DNA of 64,000 nt from an uncultured Pseudomonadota bacterium (GTDB taxonomy: Bacteria > Oederibacteriota > Muellerivitia > Muellerivitales > Muellerivitaceae). This document shows positions 42,469 to 52,673 of the stretch, in pieces. A program made the position numbers and the translations under genes. The notes below the pieces were generated by a model. That model worked only from the letters and a program-made list of their open reading frames with translations. It was not told the DNA's origin and did not search any database. The stretch covers positions 32,610 to 96,609 of the forward strand of contig CAWJKT010000013.1 of the NCBI GenBank assembly GCA_963843375.1, given 5' to 3'. Each line of letters starts with the position of its first letter. Position 1 is the first letter of the stretch.

Positions 42469-43118
42469 TTTTTCGTTCCGTTCCAAATATGCCGGTTTCG
42501 CAACACATAATCCACGCCCGAAATAATTGACATGACGGTAGCGTAAAACATCAGCCAATAGGGCCCGTACCAGACCACGTTATCCAACCATTCCCCCAGG
42601 TTGCCCAGCCTAGCTACGAACAAATCCCATTTTCCCTGATAGGCCTCCACGGTTCCCTGGGCGCAAATAATTGCCAGGATAAAGGAAATGGCGATAATCT
42701 GGGAAACCGTTTTGTGTTTCCCGGCACGGCTGGCGGCAATGATGACATTTTGGTTTTGTGCCATTTGCCTCAATCCCGTGATGAGAAATTCACGGGCCAC
42801 GATAATCACCACCATCCAGACCGGAACCAGGTCCAGCGCCACAAAGGACACGAAGACAGAAACGATGAGGATTTTATCGGCGAAAGGGTCCAAAAGCGCG
42901 CCAAAATCGGTCCTTAAGTTGTACTTCCGGGCCAGGTAACCGTCCAAGTAATCGCTGATCGCGCCCCAAGCGAATAAAAGCCCGGCCGTCCACTTGGCCC
43001 AAAGTTCGTCCCGAAAAATCAAAATTAGAAACAAAGGCGTCACGGCGATGCGGGACATGGTGACCAGATTTGCTGAGTTCCACCTTGATGGGCTTTTGGT
43101 TATATCTGGATTTTCCAA
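42465..43118 (-). CDS. pgsA: CDP-diacylglycerol--glycerol-3-phosphate phosphatidyltransferase
   Basis: DYLDGYLAR...GALLDPFADK, REFLITGLR. Confidence 0.95.
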   Translation of the reverse strand: MENPDITKSPSRWNSANLVTMSRIAVTPLFLILIFRDELWAKWTAGLLFAWGAISDYLDGYLARKYNLRTDFGALLDPFADKILIVSVFVSFVALDLVPVWMVVIIVAREFLITGLRQMAQNQNVIIAASRAGKHKTVSQIIAISFILAIICAQGTVEAYQGKWDLFVARLGNLGEWLDNVVWYGPYWLMFYATVMSIISGVDYVLRNRHIWNGTKK

Positions 43119-43227
43119 GGGTCACCTTGTTTAAATCAATGTTTAAAATTTTAATTGTTGAGTTATAAGGTTTGAACAATTTCCGGTCTAGCGGGAACTA
43201 TCCAAACCGCAACTTAAAACTCAGAAA

Positions 43228-44604
43228 TCAGATCGCCCTAGCGACAAGATCCAGTTGAAGGGTATGAGTGATTTCCACTTTGGTCCATTGGCCTACCCTG
43301 GGATTGGACAGCCCTTCGATCAGAACGATGCCATCGACTTCCGGGGCTTGATATTGGGTCCTTCCCTGCACCTCCCCGTTTTCATCCACCGATTCGACCA
43401 CCGCCCATAATTTTTCACCCACCCACCTTTGGTGGGACTTCTCTGCGATTTCTTCCTGCATCCGATAGGCCTCGGCCAGCCGATTTTTTTTGACACCTTC
43501 CGGCACTTGGTTTTCCATGATTCCTGCCGGGGTATTTTCTTCTTGGGAATAGGAGAAAAAGCCAACATAGTCCAATTGGGAACTCTTTAGAAATTCAATC
43601 AATTCATCAAAATCCTCATCCGTTTCGTCTGGAAAACCCACGATGAAGGTGGACCGAATGGAGGAGTGGGGTAATTTGGTTCGAATCCGTCTGATCATTT
43701 TTTCCAAAAGGGCCCTGTCGCCGATGCGTTGCATGGATTTGAGGATCTTGTCGCTTGCGTGCTGCAGGGGCACATCGAAATAAGGCGCGATCCTGGGGTT
43801 GGCGGCCATCACATCCAACATCTCGTCCGTGACTCGGCTGGGGTAAAGATAATGAAGCCGGACCCATTCAATTTCATCAATCTTGGCAAGACGCTCCAAA
43901 AGCTCGGCGATTTTCGGCTTTCCGTAACGGTCGGCCCCGTACCAAGTACTGTCCTGAGCTACCAAACAAAGCTCTTTCACCCCCTGGGCCGACAGTTGGC
44001 GGGCTTCCTGCTCTATATCCTCCAGAGAACGGCTTCGGTAATGGCCACGTATCTTCGGGATAATGCAGAAAGTGCACGGCAAGTCGCAACCCTCCGAAAT
44101 TTTCACATAAGCGAAATGGCCGGGAGTGGAAAGCAGACGGGGCGAGGAAGCATCGTAAACATAAGTGGCTTCACTCAAGGAATCGGGCAACAAAGGCTTC
44201 CTTAAATCGCGTGAAGAATTGATCGTTAAGGGTGTTCCCTTGATTTGGCTGGCCACGTTCTCAACATCATTGAGCCCGAATAAAATGTCGATTTCGGGCA
44301 ATTCCTTCTTCAGTTCTTCACCATAACGGTGGGCCAGGCATCCTCCCACAACGAGAGATTTCAACTGGCCGCTTTTGCGAAGTTTGGCAACATCCAAAAT
44401 GGTATCGATAGATTCCTTTTTGGAAGCTTCTATAAACCCGCAAGTATTTACAATCACGACTTCGGCTTCCGAAGGGTCCTTCACCAAGGAGTAGTGGTCC
44501 TGGGCCAGCTTTCCTAACATCACCTCCGAATCCACGGTATTCTTGGGACAGCCAAGGCTGATGACCGCGACGGTTTTGGTTTTTACTTCCGCTGTTTTTT
44601 TCAC
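43228..44604 (-). CDS. rimO: Ribosomal protein S12 methylthiotransferase
   Basis: SLGCPKN, NTCGFI, EGCDLPCTFC, YLYP, APEVDG. Confidence 0.96.
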   Translation of the reverse strand: MKKTAEVKTKTVAVISLGCPKNTVDSEVMLGKLAQDHYSLVKDPSEAEVVIVNTCGFIEASKKESIDTILDVAKLRKSGQLKSLVVGGCLAHRYGEELKKELPEIDILFGLNDVENVASQIKGTPLTINSSRDLRKPLLPDSLSEATYVYDASSPRLLSTPGHFAYVKISEGCDLPCTFCIIPKIRGHYRSRSLEDIEQEARQLSAQGVKELCLVAQDSTWYGADRYGKPKIAELLERLAKIDEIEWVRLHYLYPSRVTDEMLDVMAANPRIAPYFDVPLQHASDKILKSMQRIGDRALLEKMIRRIRTKLPHSSIRSTFIVGFPDETDEDFDELIEFLKSSQLDYVGFFSYSQEENTPAGIMENQVPEGVKKNRLAEAYRMQEEIAEKSHQRWVGEKLWAVVESVDENGEVQGRTQYQAPEVDGIVLIEGLSNPRVGQWTKVEITHTLQLDLVARAI

Positions 44605-44743
44605 AATTTGCCTTCTCAAAGGATGGTAAAGCGGGCTAAGAATAACACATTCCTAATCGAAAATCCCTTGGAGGTCCTTTGTTTTCATAGAGTTTTCATG
44701 AATGGATTTAGAACCCCAACAAAACCAAAAGAAAAACCCTTTG

Positions 44744-44875
44744 AACCACGAAGGCACAAAGGACAAGGACCTCCACTAAAGCTTTCAATGAGACCGGTAT
44801 ATTACCGTTTTCCAAATTTCTCTATGGAAAATCGATTCGCTTTGCCCTTCTTGGCATCTTTCGAGTTTCGTGGTT
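44744..44875. repeat. Degenerate palindromic intergenic element
   Basis: Terminal inverted repeat AACCACGAA...TTCGTGGTT. Confidence 0.55.
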
Positions 44876-44896
44876 AAAAGATTTTTTTATTGTCTT

Positions 44897-46573
44897 TCAA
44901 TAGAAGACCCGTGAATTTCCTATCCAATAGTATCGGTAGGCTGGCGCGGAATGTAAAAGGGGGCTGTCATCTTTTTTCGGTTCACCCGGCACCGTAAAGT
45001 AACGCCAGGTGTCACCCAATCTACCCATGGGTTTTGTTCTGGATGCCCATCCTTGGGCGATGGGTAAACACCCGGGAAAGAAAGCGGGTCCTAATTGTAA
45101 AAAGCTCGTATCAATCAAATATACCCAGCCGGGTTGCGGTCCTTGCAAGTCCTTCTGGGTCCAAGGGTTCCAATTGAGTCCATAAAAATGGGGGTCCACC
45201 CCCGCGAAGAGAGCCAGCTTGACGTGGGTCCAACCTTTTTCCTTCGCCAACCGGCAAAGGCGCAGTTGGTCTTGCCCCCAATCCAAATCCGCGTCCGCCA
45301 GGAAACGGGATTTGTTTTCATCCGACAAAGTCTCATTGGCATAACTAAGGTAATTTGGAAAATTCAGCGCCAGGCTTAAAACAAGCCAGACCGCCAACCC
45401 TACCAAAACCCAACGGAAGGTTTTTTGAGCGGCGAGGCCGGTTCCCTCCCAAATCCAACCCGCCGCCCGCCCCGCGATCAAAATAAGAAAAGGTATAGCC
45501 GGAAGCATTAGTCGGATGCCCATATTGGAAGCCGGTAAAACTGAAAGAAAGAAAACCAGGGGCGCTATCCACTCGAAAGCCTCTAACTTCACTTTTCCCA
45601 AACCCCAAAGCAGTAAAGCGCCGGCCAGGAGGATCAAAAACGGCAAAGTGGATTTGAATAAAAAAGCCATGGGCAAATAAAGGATATGGCTGGCATCGAA
45701 GCTTTGGCCGAGATAGTAATAATGGGCCCAACCCTTTTGGGAGATTCGCCATCCCATCAAGACTTTGTCGAGGAAATAGGAATAGGGGCAACGGTGGTCC
45801 GGCAAATTAAGAGTGCCCGGCAAGTAAAGGAGGCCAATCCAAGCCAACGCCCCGCCGATAACCCAAGCCCACCGGGTCAAAAGATCGCGAAACGAAAAAC
45901 CCGACGGTTTCAGACGATTGGCCATGAAATTCACGACTTCCAACCCCAAGTAAATCGGCCCTAAAGCCAGGGCTGTCACTTTGGTCGTTACCGCCAGACC
46001 GGTAAAAACACCCGCCAAAAGAAGTCTCTTCCAGCCGGACTTTTCAAAAGTTTTGTTATAGACAATAATGGCGGCGAAAAAGAAAAGTGTGAGGGCAATA
46101 TCCGATTTGGCGATTGCCGAATGCGCGATCAAGTTGGGTTCAAAGGCCCACAACATCGAAACCGCCAAGTAGAAAACCAACGATTCCTTAAGGACTTGGG
46201 TTAAGAGGAGAAATCCGATTCCCAACCCCAAAACCAAATTGATCAATCTGGGCATAATCGTCAGAGGCTTTAAAAATTCAAGGTTGGATTCAAAGAAAAA
46301 CCGGTATGCCCGGTCGTCCTCATTAACGAAACCATGGGCTTTCTGAAGGGGAAGGAAAACGAGCGGAAGAGTCTGAAGTGCCGCCGCCACCGGCGGCTGC
46401 ATCCGGGAAGTGACCACATCTCCCTTGGTCCAATAATAATAGCCCCCCGTAATCTCAAAAGGCTCATCGTTGGTCAGAGAATCATGGTGAATCAGGTAGA
46501 GGGCTTGGGCATTGAAAATCAGGTAGAAGACCGTGAAAAGAAGCATTCGAAACCTGGGGGAGTCCGTGCACAT
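44897..46573 (-). CDS. GT-C glycosyltransferase (ArnT/PMT-like)
   Basis: T.DE after TM1, (H/Q)PP, EPNLIAH, multi-TM, DLDWGQD. Confidence 0.85.
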   Translation of the reverse strand: MCTDSPRFRMLLFTVFYLIFNAQALYLIHHDSLTNDEPFEITGGYYYWTKGDVVTSRMQPPVAAALQTLPLVFLPLQKAHGFVNEDDRAYRFFFESNLEFLKPLTIMPRLINLVLGLGIGFLLLTQVLKESLVFYLAVSMLWAFEPNLIAHSAIAKSDIALTLFFFAAIIVYNKTFEKSGWKRLLLAGVFTGLAVTTKVTALALGPIYLGLEVVNFMANRLKPSGFSFRDLLTRWAWVIGGALAWIGLLYLPGTLNLPDHRCPYSYFLDKVLMGWRISQKGWAHYYYLGQSFDASHILYLPMAFLFKSTLPFLILLAGALLLWGLGKVKLEAFEWIAPLVFFLSVLPASNMGIRLMLPAIPFLILIAGRAAGWIWEGTGLAAQKTFRWVLVGLAVWLVLSLALNFPNYLSYANETLSDENKSRFLADADLDWGQDQLRLCRLAKEKGWTHVKLALFAGVDPHFYGLNWNPWTQKDLQGPQPGWVYLIDTSFLQLGPAFFPGCLPIAQGWASRTKPMGRLGDTWRYFTVPGEPKKDDSPLLHSAPAYRYYWIGNSRVFY

Positions 46574-46625
46574 GGAAGGATTTTACAGCAGAACCTCCAA
46601 CAAAAATTCAAAAGCTAAGAATTTT

Positions 46626-46735
46626 GATCACGAATACACGAAGATTGCGAAGAATGGCAAAAAAAATACTTAATTAGGGTTAAAAATCCAAACTTTATCT
46701 TTGCTTTTCTTGGGGCACCTTGCGCCATCGTGGTT
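46626..46735. repeat. Second degenerate palindromic element
   Basis: GATCACGAATACACGAAG...ATCGTGGTT, similar to the 44744 copy. Confidence 0.45.
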
Positions 46736-48101
46736 AATAAGATTTTTCATTCCCGGTAGCCAGATTGATGCTTTTTGAAATCACTTCGATCAAAAAGCCC
46801 AAATCTTTTTTTGTGATCGCCAATGGCGGCATCAGAACGATCACATTCCCCAGGGGCCGCAATAAGACTCCCCGTTTTTTCGCTTCGGCACAAACCCGAA
46901 ATCCTATTTTCATCGAATAAGGATAGGGTTCGTTGGTTTTCTTGTTTTTAATTAGCTCAATTCCTCCCATCAAACCCCTCAACCGGACTTCGGATACATG
47001 GGAGTGAGCGACCAATGGTTCCAACAATTCTTGAAGCATTTCGCACTTCTCCTGAACCGACTTGAGGAACCCTCTTTTTCCAATCAATTGAAGATTGGCC
47101 AATGCCGCCGCGCATCCCAATTGGTTCCCGGTGAAAGTATGTCCATGGTAAAAAGTCCTGGCGGATTCAAATGTTCCCAGGAAAGCCTTGTAAACCTTCT
47201 CGGTGGCCAGGGTGGCCGCCAAGGGCAAATACCCTCCCGTCAGGTTCTTCGCCACACAAAGGATATCGGGGCTCACCCCCTCTTGATCGCAGGCGAACAT
47301 CGTTCCCGTCCGCCCAAATCCGGTCGCCACCTCATCCAATATCAAGAGCACCTGATAGCGGTCGCACAAACGGCGAATGGCCTTGAGGTAACCCCAAGGG
47401 TGCACCAGCATCCCCCCCGCCCCTTCGATTAAGGGTTCCATGTGAACCGCCGCCAAGCGGGAACCATATTTTCGAAAAAAGCTTTCGGCTTCCCGGACAC
47501 AATCCTGAAGCCACTTGGCATTGGAAACCTTCCGGCTGGCATATTGGTGAGGGCTTTTAACTTTGATGGTCTTAAAAAGAAGGGGCCCAAATATCCCATG
47601 GAACAAATCAATCCCGCCCAAGCTGACCGACCCCACCGTATCCCCGTGATACCCTTCTCTAATTGTCAGGAAAAGTTTCTTTTTTCGGAGTGGGGGCTTC
47701 ACCTGTTGCCAATATTGGAAAGCCATCTTCATAGCGATTTCATTGGCTTCGGAACCGGAGTCGGAATAGAAAACCCGGGTCAGTCCCTGGGGCGCCAGTT
47801 TCACCAGCTTTTCAGCCAACAAAATGGCGGGTTCGTTCGAAGCGCCCAGCATGGTCGAATGGGCGATTTTCTTGATTTGTTTTTGGATAGCTCGATCGAT
47901 TTCGGGAACCTGGTGCCCATGGACGTTACACCAAAGGGAAGAGACGCCGTCCAAATACTTATTACCTTTCGCATCGTAAAGGCAGATGCCCTTACCCTTG
48001 GTTATGATGGATATATCTTGGTCCAATTCCCATTCTTGTTGCTGGGTAAAGGGATGCCAGAGATATTTTTTGTCTTTTTGAGAAAGTTTTTGGTTATTCA
48101 T
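46734..48101 (-). CDS. bioA: Adenosylmethionine--8-amino-7-oxononanoate transaminase
   Basis: WHPFTQ, SSLWCNVHG, SDSGS, YHGDT, DEVATGFGRTG, RPLGN. Confidence 0.96.
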   Translation of the reverse strand: MNNQKLSQKDKKYLWHPFTQQQEWELDQDISIITKGKGICLYDAKGNKYLDGVSSLWCNVHGHQVPEIDRAIQKQIKKIAHSTMLGASNEPAILLAEKLVKLAPQGLTRVFYSDSGSEANEIAMKMAFQYWQQVKPPLRKKKLFLTIREGYHGDTVGSVSLGGIDLFHGIFGPLLFKTIKVKSPHQYASRKVSNAKWLQDCVREAESFFRKYGSRLAAVHMEPLIEGAGGMLVHPWGYLKAIRRLCDRYQVLLILDEVATGFGRTGTMFACDQEGVSPDILCVAKNLTGGYLPLAATLATEKVYKAFLGTFESARTFYHGHTFTGNQLGCAAALANLQLIGKRGFLKSVQEKCEMLQELLEPLVAHSHVSEVRLRGLMGGIELIKNKKTNEPYPYSMKIGFRVCAEAKKRGVLLRPLGNVIVLMPPLAITKKDLGFLIEVISKSINLATGNEKSY

Positions 48102-48180
48102 GTTTTTCGGATTAAATTCAGTTGCATTTTAAACCTTGTTATAAATTTACAAAAATTCTGATAACCGATCATTCCCTTTC

Positions 48181-48585
48181 ATGAGCAGGCCCAATTTACC
48201 AAAATACCAAGAAATTCCATCGATCATCTTCCATTTTTATTTTCAGGACCAACCGGATGGATTACCATATTTTCCAATTCGCACCAACTTAAAGGGGTTT
48301 GTAGTGGAGAATTTGGAGATCATCCAAAAATTAACGACCGTCATTCAAGCAAATGTAACGCGGCATTTTGGCCATATGCGCCCAACGGAAAAAGGGCTAG
48401 ACACCGTCCGCAAATATGCTCAAGAGCAACTAGACCTTTATTTAAAAGGAATGATCTCAGAATCAAAGGAACTGCAACAAAGGTGGCGGGGCGGCCACCC
48501 CCTCATCATTCTTGCTCGCGTAAGCCGCAAGACCCGGGAATATGAGATCGTCATCACCACCAAGGACAACCCCAAAGGGCTTTAA
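48181..48585 (+). CDS. Hypothetical protein
   Basis: 134-aa ORF filling the bioD-bioA gap on the opposite strand. Confidence 0.55.
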   Translation: MSRPNLPKYQEIPSIIFHFYFQDQPDGLPYFPIRTNLKGFVVENLEIIQKLTTVIQANVTRHFGHMRPTEKGLDTVRKYAQEQLDLYLKGMISESKELQQRWRGGHPLIILARVSRKTREYEIVITTKDNPKGL

Positions 48586-48687
48586 AACCATTTAATATTT
48601 ATGCCGCTTTTCTAAAGTTAATTTTTAAAACCACAAGGGCAGCTTATTGGTATGCCGGCGGGGAGACGGGAAAATTACCCTAAAGGG

Positions 48688-49377
48688 TCAAACCGGCAAG
48701 CCAAGTTTGGCGATGTCTTGGGCGAGGAGGTCCAAGTCCTTGGGATATTGGGGGTCGTACTTCAGGGGACCAAAGACAGCTACCCTTAAAAGTTTCTTCA
48801 GGGCCTTCACGTTGGTTTGTTCCGCTATTCCCTTGCCGGTATAACCGTTCACCAGTACCCCCAAAAGTTTAATTTTGCGCCTTTCAAGGGCTTCAACCGT
48901 CAGCAATGTGTGATTAAGCGTTCCCAACCCCGCCCGGGCCACCACCAGAACCGGCAATTTCCACTTCACCATCCAATCAGTCACAAAGAAGTTTTGGGTG
49001 ATGGGAACACGAACACCCCCTACCCCCTCCACAATGAGGCAATCCCAGGCTGCTTTTCCCTTCTGGTAGACTTTTTCGACTTGGAGTAGATTGATGGGCC
49101 CCTCTTCCCATCCAGCCACCCAAGGGGCCAGAGGTTGTTTGTAATGAAACGGGACAATGTTGCGATAAGCCGAATCCGGAAATTTCGCCGCTCTTTGAAG
49201 AAGCTTCCCATCCTCGCTAATGGTTCCACCAGAGGCAACGGGCTTGAAAACCCCCACGGAGACACCCCGATTCGCGAGCATCCTTGTCAATCCTGCGGCG
49301 ACCAGGGTTTTGCCCACGCCGGTGTCAGTTCCAGTGACGAATAAACCGTTTTTCAAAGCCGACTCCTTAAAACTCAT
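48688..49377 (-). CDS. bioD: Dethiobiotin synthase
   Basis: TGTDTGVGKT, KPVASG, EGVGG, LGTLNHTLLT. Confidence 0.96.
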   Translation of the reverse strand: MSFKESALKNGLFVTGTDTGVGKTLVAAGLTRMLANRGVSVGVFKPVASGGTISEDGKLLQRAAKFPDSAYRNIVPFHYKQPLAPWVAGWEEGPINLLQVEKVYQKGKAAWDCLIVEGVGGVRVPITQNFFVTDWMVKWKLPVLVVARAGLGTLNHTLLTVEALERRKIKLLGVLVNGYTGKGIAEQTNVKALKKLLRVAVFGPLKYDPQYPKDLDLLAQDIAKLGLPV

Positions 49378-49442
49378 AACCAGGGGTTCCCCCAATCGCA
49401 AATCGTGCCTATGGGTTCTTTTCCTTGAAAGGACCAATAAAC

Positions 49443-50597
49443 CTAAAGTTTTTTAAAGGCATCAAACAGTTTTTCGATATCCATATCCGTATGGGCCGCC
49501 GAAACCGATAGCCTTAAGCGGGCCGTGCCCTTGGGCACCGTGGGTGGGCGGATGGCGACAACCAGAATTCCTTCTTCCAACAGCTTATCGGACATCTTCA
49601 CCGCTTCCTCATTTTCCCCCACGATGATCGGCATTATAGGCCCGGCACCTCGGGGAATGTCATAACCCAAAGCCCTCAAACCATCCCGGATTTTCTTGGC
49701 GTTGTCCCAAAGCTTCTCCACTCTTTGAGGTTCCTGTTGTAAAACTTCCAATGCTCCAAGCGATGCCCCGCAGGCGGCGGGGGGCAAGCCGGTGGTATAA
49801 ATGAAAGTCCGGGCCTTATTTAAAAGATACTCAATGAAAATCTGGGGACCACAGACAAATCCGCCAACGCTTCCCAGCGCCTTGCTATAAGTACCCATGA
49901 CCACAGCCGGAAAATGCTTCAAGGGAAAATGATGAGTTCCGCCTTGGCCTCCCTCACCCAATACCCCGGTTCCATGGGCATCGTCCACCATGACCAAAGC
50001 ATCATAATCATGGGCTAGGTTGGTGATTTTAAGAAGCGGGGCCAAATCCCCATCCATACTGAAAAGGGATTCGGTAACGATCAAACGACGGCGGTATTCA
50101 CCCGCCCTTTCCATTTGTTTCTTGAGATCATCCAGATTGAGATGTTCGTAAATCAGGAGCTTGGCCTTGGACAAGCGGCAGGCATCGATCAGGCTAGCAT
50201 GGTTCAAACGGTCGCAAAGAATGACGTCTTCATCCCCCACCATTACCGAAACGGTCGCCAAATTGGCCATATAACCCGTCGGGAAAGACAAACAAGCCTC
50301 CGACCCTTTAAAGAGGGCCGTGATTTCCTCCAACTGCATATGTATAGGAAAATGCCCCGAGACCAACCGGGAAGCCTGGGCCCCCGCGCCGAACCTCAAA
50401 AGGGCCTTTTGGGAGCGTTCCAAAACCTTCGGATGATCGGCCAGCCCCAGGTAATTGTTGGTACAAAAGAGGACGCAATCCTTGTGATTGACGGATGCTC
50501 TCATGCCACCCAGATAATCCACCACGCGAAGACGCCGTCGCATGCCTTCGTGGTCCAAGATGTGAAGTTCTTCGTGTATGTCATCAATCCAACTCAA
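49443..50597 (-). CDS. bioF: 8-amino-7-oxononanoate synthase
   Basis: NNYLGL, TGYMAN, DRLNHASL, FSMDGD, DDAH, TYSKA, IRPPTVP. Confidence 0.96.
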   Translation of the reverse strand: MSWIDDIHEELHILDHEGMRRRLRVVDYLGGMRASVNHKDCVLFCTNNYLGLADHPKVLERSQKALLRFGAGAQASRLVSGHFPIHMQLEEITALFKGSEACLSFPTGYMANLATVSVMVGDEDVILCDRLNHASLIDACRLSKAKLLIYEHLNLDDLKKQMERAGEYRRRLIVTESLFSMDGDLAPLLKITNLAHDYDALVMVDDAHGTGVLGEGGQGGTHHFPLKHFPAVVMGTYSKALGSVGGFVCGPQIFIEYLLNKARTFIYTTGLPPAACGASLGALEVLQQEPQRVEKLWDNAKKIRDGLRALGYDIPRGAGPIMPIIVGENEEAVKMSDKLLEEGILVVAIRPPTVPKGTARLRLSVSAAHTDMDIEKLFDAFKKL

Positions 50598-50642
50598 GAA
50601 AACCTTCTTTCGAACATAATGTTAATCAAGAAGAGGGCTCAA

Positions 50643-51821
50643 TCATAATTTTGAAAAAATAACGGCCCCCAATTGTCCTCCAAAACCATAAGACAGCGAC
50701 ATCACGTGATCCACCTTTAACTTCATCCCGCCTTTTTTCACGTGGCGAATTTGGCATTCAGGGTCGGGATTTTCCAAGTTACGTGTTTCGGGCAGTTCTC
50801 CTTTGGTTAAAGCCATGATGGATAAAACCGCCTCAACGCTTCCAGCCGCCCCCAACAAGTGGCCCGTCGCCCCCTTGGTTGAACTAACCCAAGTATCGGA
50901 GTTTCCAAACACCTTCGTCAAAGCCATGGATTCCACCCGATCATTCAAAATCGTGCCAGTGCCATGGGCGTTAATATAGCCGATATCGGAGGGTTTCAAT
51001 CCCGCCTTACGAAGGGTTCTATCAATTACCGCCGCAATGGAATTTCCACGAGGTTCCATTTCCAACATGGCCGTCGCATCCGCGCCCAAGGCCCACCCCG
51101 ATACCTTGGCAAGAATAGGGACCATACGCTTTTTGGCGGTCTTTTCCCTTTCTAAAATCAATACCGCCGATCCCTCACCCATTAAAAAGCCATCCCGGGT
51201 GGAGTCAAAGGGTGAAGGGCCTTCCGGTTTGCGGGTAAAGATTCCCATGTTCTGGAAACCGGCGTAAATAAGCGGATGAATGGAGGCTTCGGTGCTTCCC
51301 ACGATGACCGCGTCGCATTCCCCATCTTCCAAAAGTCGGGCGCCCATGACTAGGCTTCCCAACCCCGTGGAGCAGGCCGACGCAACTGAAAGAGCGGGAC
51401 CGCTAAATCCAAAACACTCGGCAAGTAATTGCCCGCCAGCATGGGGAAAGAATTCACTGAGAAAATCCCATTTGACAGCGGGGTCCAACCCCACTTGTAA
51501 AAGACTTAGGACTCCACCCTTGCTGGAAGAAAAAGTGGTGGCAATTCGGGTCGGAGGAACCCGGAACAATCCGGCGTTGTCCCAGGCTTCCTGGGCGGCG
51601 ATCACACCCAACTGGAGGGAACGATCACACCGGATTAAAGTTTGGGGAATCCAAGCTTCCAAAGCCTGCGCAACACGGGGACGATCAAAATTTTCCCACT
51701 CCTTGCCCTTTAAAGTCCCAAAAACAACCCGACCCTCCATCAGGGACTTCCATGTCCATTGAGAATTTGCCCCCAAGGGCGTCGTCATTCCATACCCAGT
51801 CACAACAATGGAATCATTCAT
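50643..51821 (-). CDS. Divergent beta-ketoacyl-ACP synthase (FabF-like)
   Basis: SACSTG, GEG, NAHGTGT..ND, KGATGHLLGA, SYGFGG. Confidence 0.9.
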   Translation of the reverse strand: MNDSIVVTGYGMTTPLGANSQWTWKSLMEGRVVFGTLKGKEWENFDRPRVAQALEAWIPQTLIRCDRSLQLGVIAAQEAWDNAGLFRVPPTRIATTFSSSKGGVLSLLQVGLDPAVKWDFLSEFFPHAGGQLLAECFGFSGPALSVASACSTGLGSLVMGARLLEDGECDAVIVGSTEASIHPLIYAGFQNMGIFTRKPEGPSPFDSTRDGFLMGEGSAVLILEREKTAKKRMVPILAKVSGWALGADATAMLEMEPRGNSIAAVIDRTLRKAGLKPSDIGYINAHGTGTILNDRVESMALTKVFGNSDTWVSSTKGATGHLLGAAGSVEAVLSIMALTKGELPETRNLENPDPECQIRHVKKGGMKLKVDHVMSLSYGFGGQLGAVIFSKL

Positions 51822-51870
51822 TATTATTTTTTATCAAGAACTCAAAATTCAAAACTTAAAGCTGCCTTTC

Positions 51871-52620
51871 CTAGAGCCAACCCGGCAAACGCGAATCCAG
51901 GTTAAACACCTGCCCCGAAATCGTCTGGGTACCGGCCAGCCAAACCGTGAATTCCGCCACTTCGTTTAAATCCGCGGTTTTTCCCAAGAGATGATGGTTT
52001 CGTATGTTTTCCTCCGCCTCAAGTGAAAGCCCCTGCGCGATGCGAGTTTTATGAAAGCCGGGACAAAGTACGTTGGAGCGGATGTTTTTTCCGCCATATT
52101 CCCTGGCCAAACTGCGGGCTAGGCCGATGATTCCCGCTTTGGCAGCCGTGTAGCTTCCTTGCCCAATATTGCCGGTCGTCGCCACCACCGAGGAAACAAA
52201 AATAAAGTGGCCATTTTTTTGTTTGAGCATTGGCCTGAGGCAGGCTTTGGAAAGCAGAAAGGCCCCCTTCAAATGGACTCCCAGGGTGGCATCCCATTGG
52301 GCTTCCTCCACGTTGAGAAGGCGGGCGTTCCAAGTGGCTCCCGCATTGTGGATAACGCAGTCCAAGACGCCATGTTTTTCCATCGTGGACTGGGTCAGAC
52401 TGGAAACTTCGTTTTCGATGGAAACATCGCACTTGGAAATAAAAAATCGGGAGGTGAGAGAAGAAAGTTCCTTCGCGGCTTGGGAGGCGGATTCTTCATC
52501 CTGATGGTAACAGGTGCTGACTGCCCATCCCTTTTGGGCAAAGGCCTTGCAAAGGGCAAGCCCAATCCCACGGGTTCCACCTGTCACCAAGACAGACTGC
52601 ATCAGGAAATCCCTTCCCAT
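51871..52620 (-). CDS. 3-oxoacyl-ACP reductase-like SDR (FabG-like)
   Basis: TGGTRGIG, NAG, SS, GQGSYTAAKAG. Confidence 0.9.
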   Translation of the reverse strand: MGRDFLMQSVLVTGGTRGIGLALCKAFAQKGWAVSTCYHQDEESASQAAKELSSLTSRFFISKCDVSIENEVSSLTQSTMEKHGVLDCVIHNAGATWNARLLNVEEAQWDATLGVHLKGAFLLSKACLRPMLKQKNGHFIFVSSVVATTGNIGQGSYTAAKAGIIGLARSLAREYGGKNIRSNVLCPGFHKTRIAQGLSLEAEENIRNHHLLGKTADLNEVAEFTVWLAGTQTISGQVFNLDSRLPGWL

Positions 52621-52673
52621 TGGATGTTCTTTTTCATTTTCGGAAACCTATCAATGCCAAGGGGAAATGGGAG

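Noticed and set aside
48125..48155. BirA operator upstream of bioA
   Set aside because: TTTAAAC..TTTACA half-sites are poor and spaced about 10 nt, too short.
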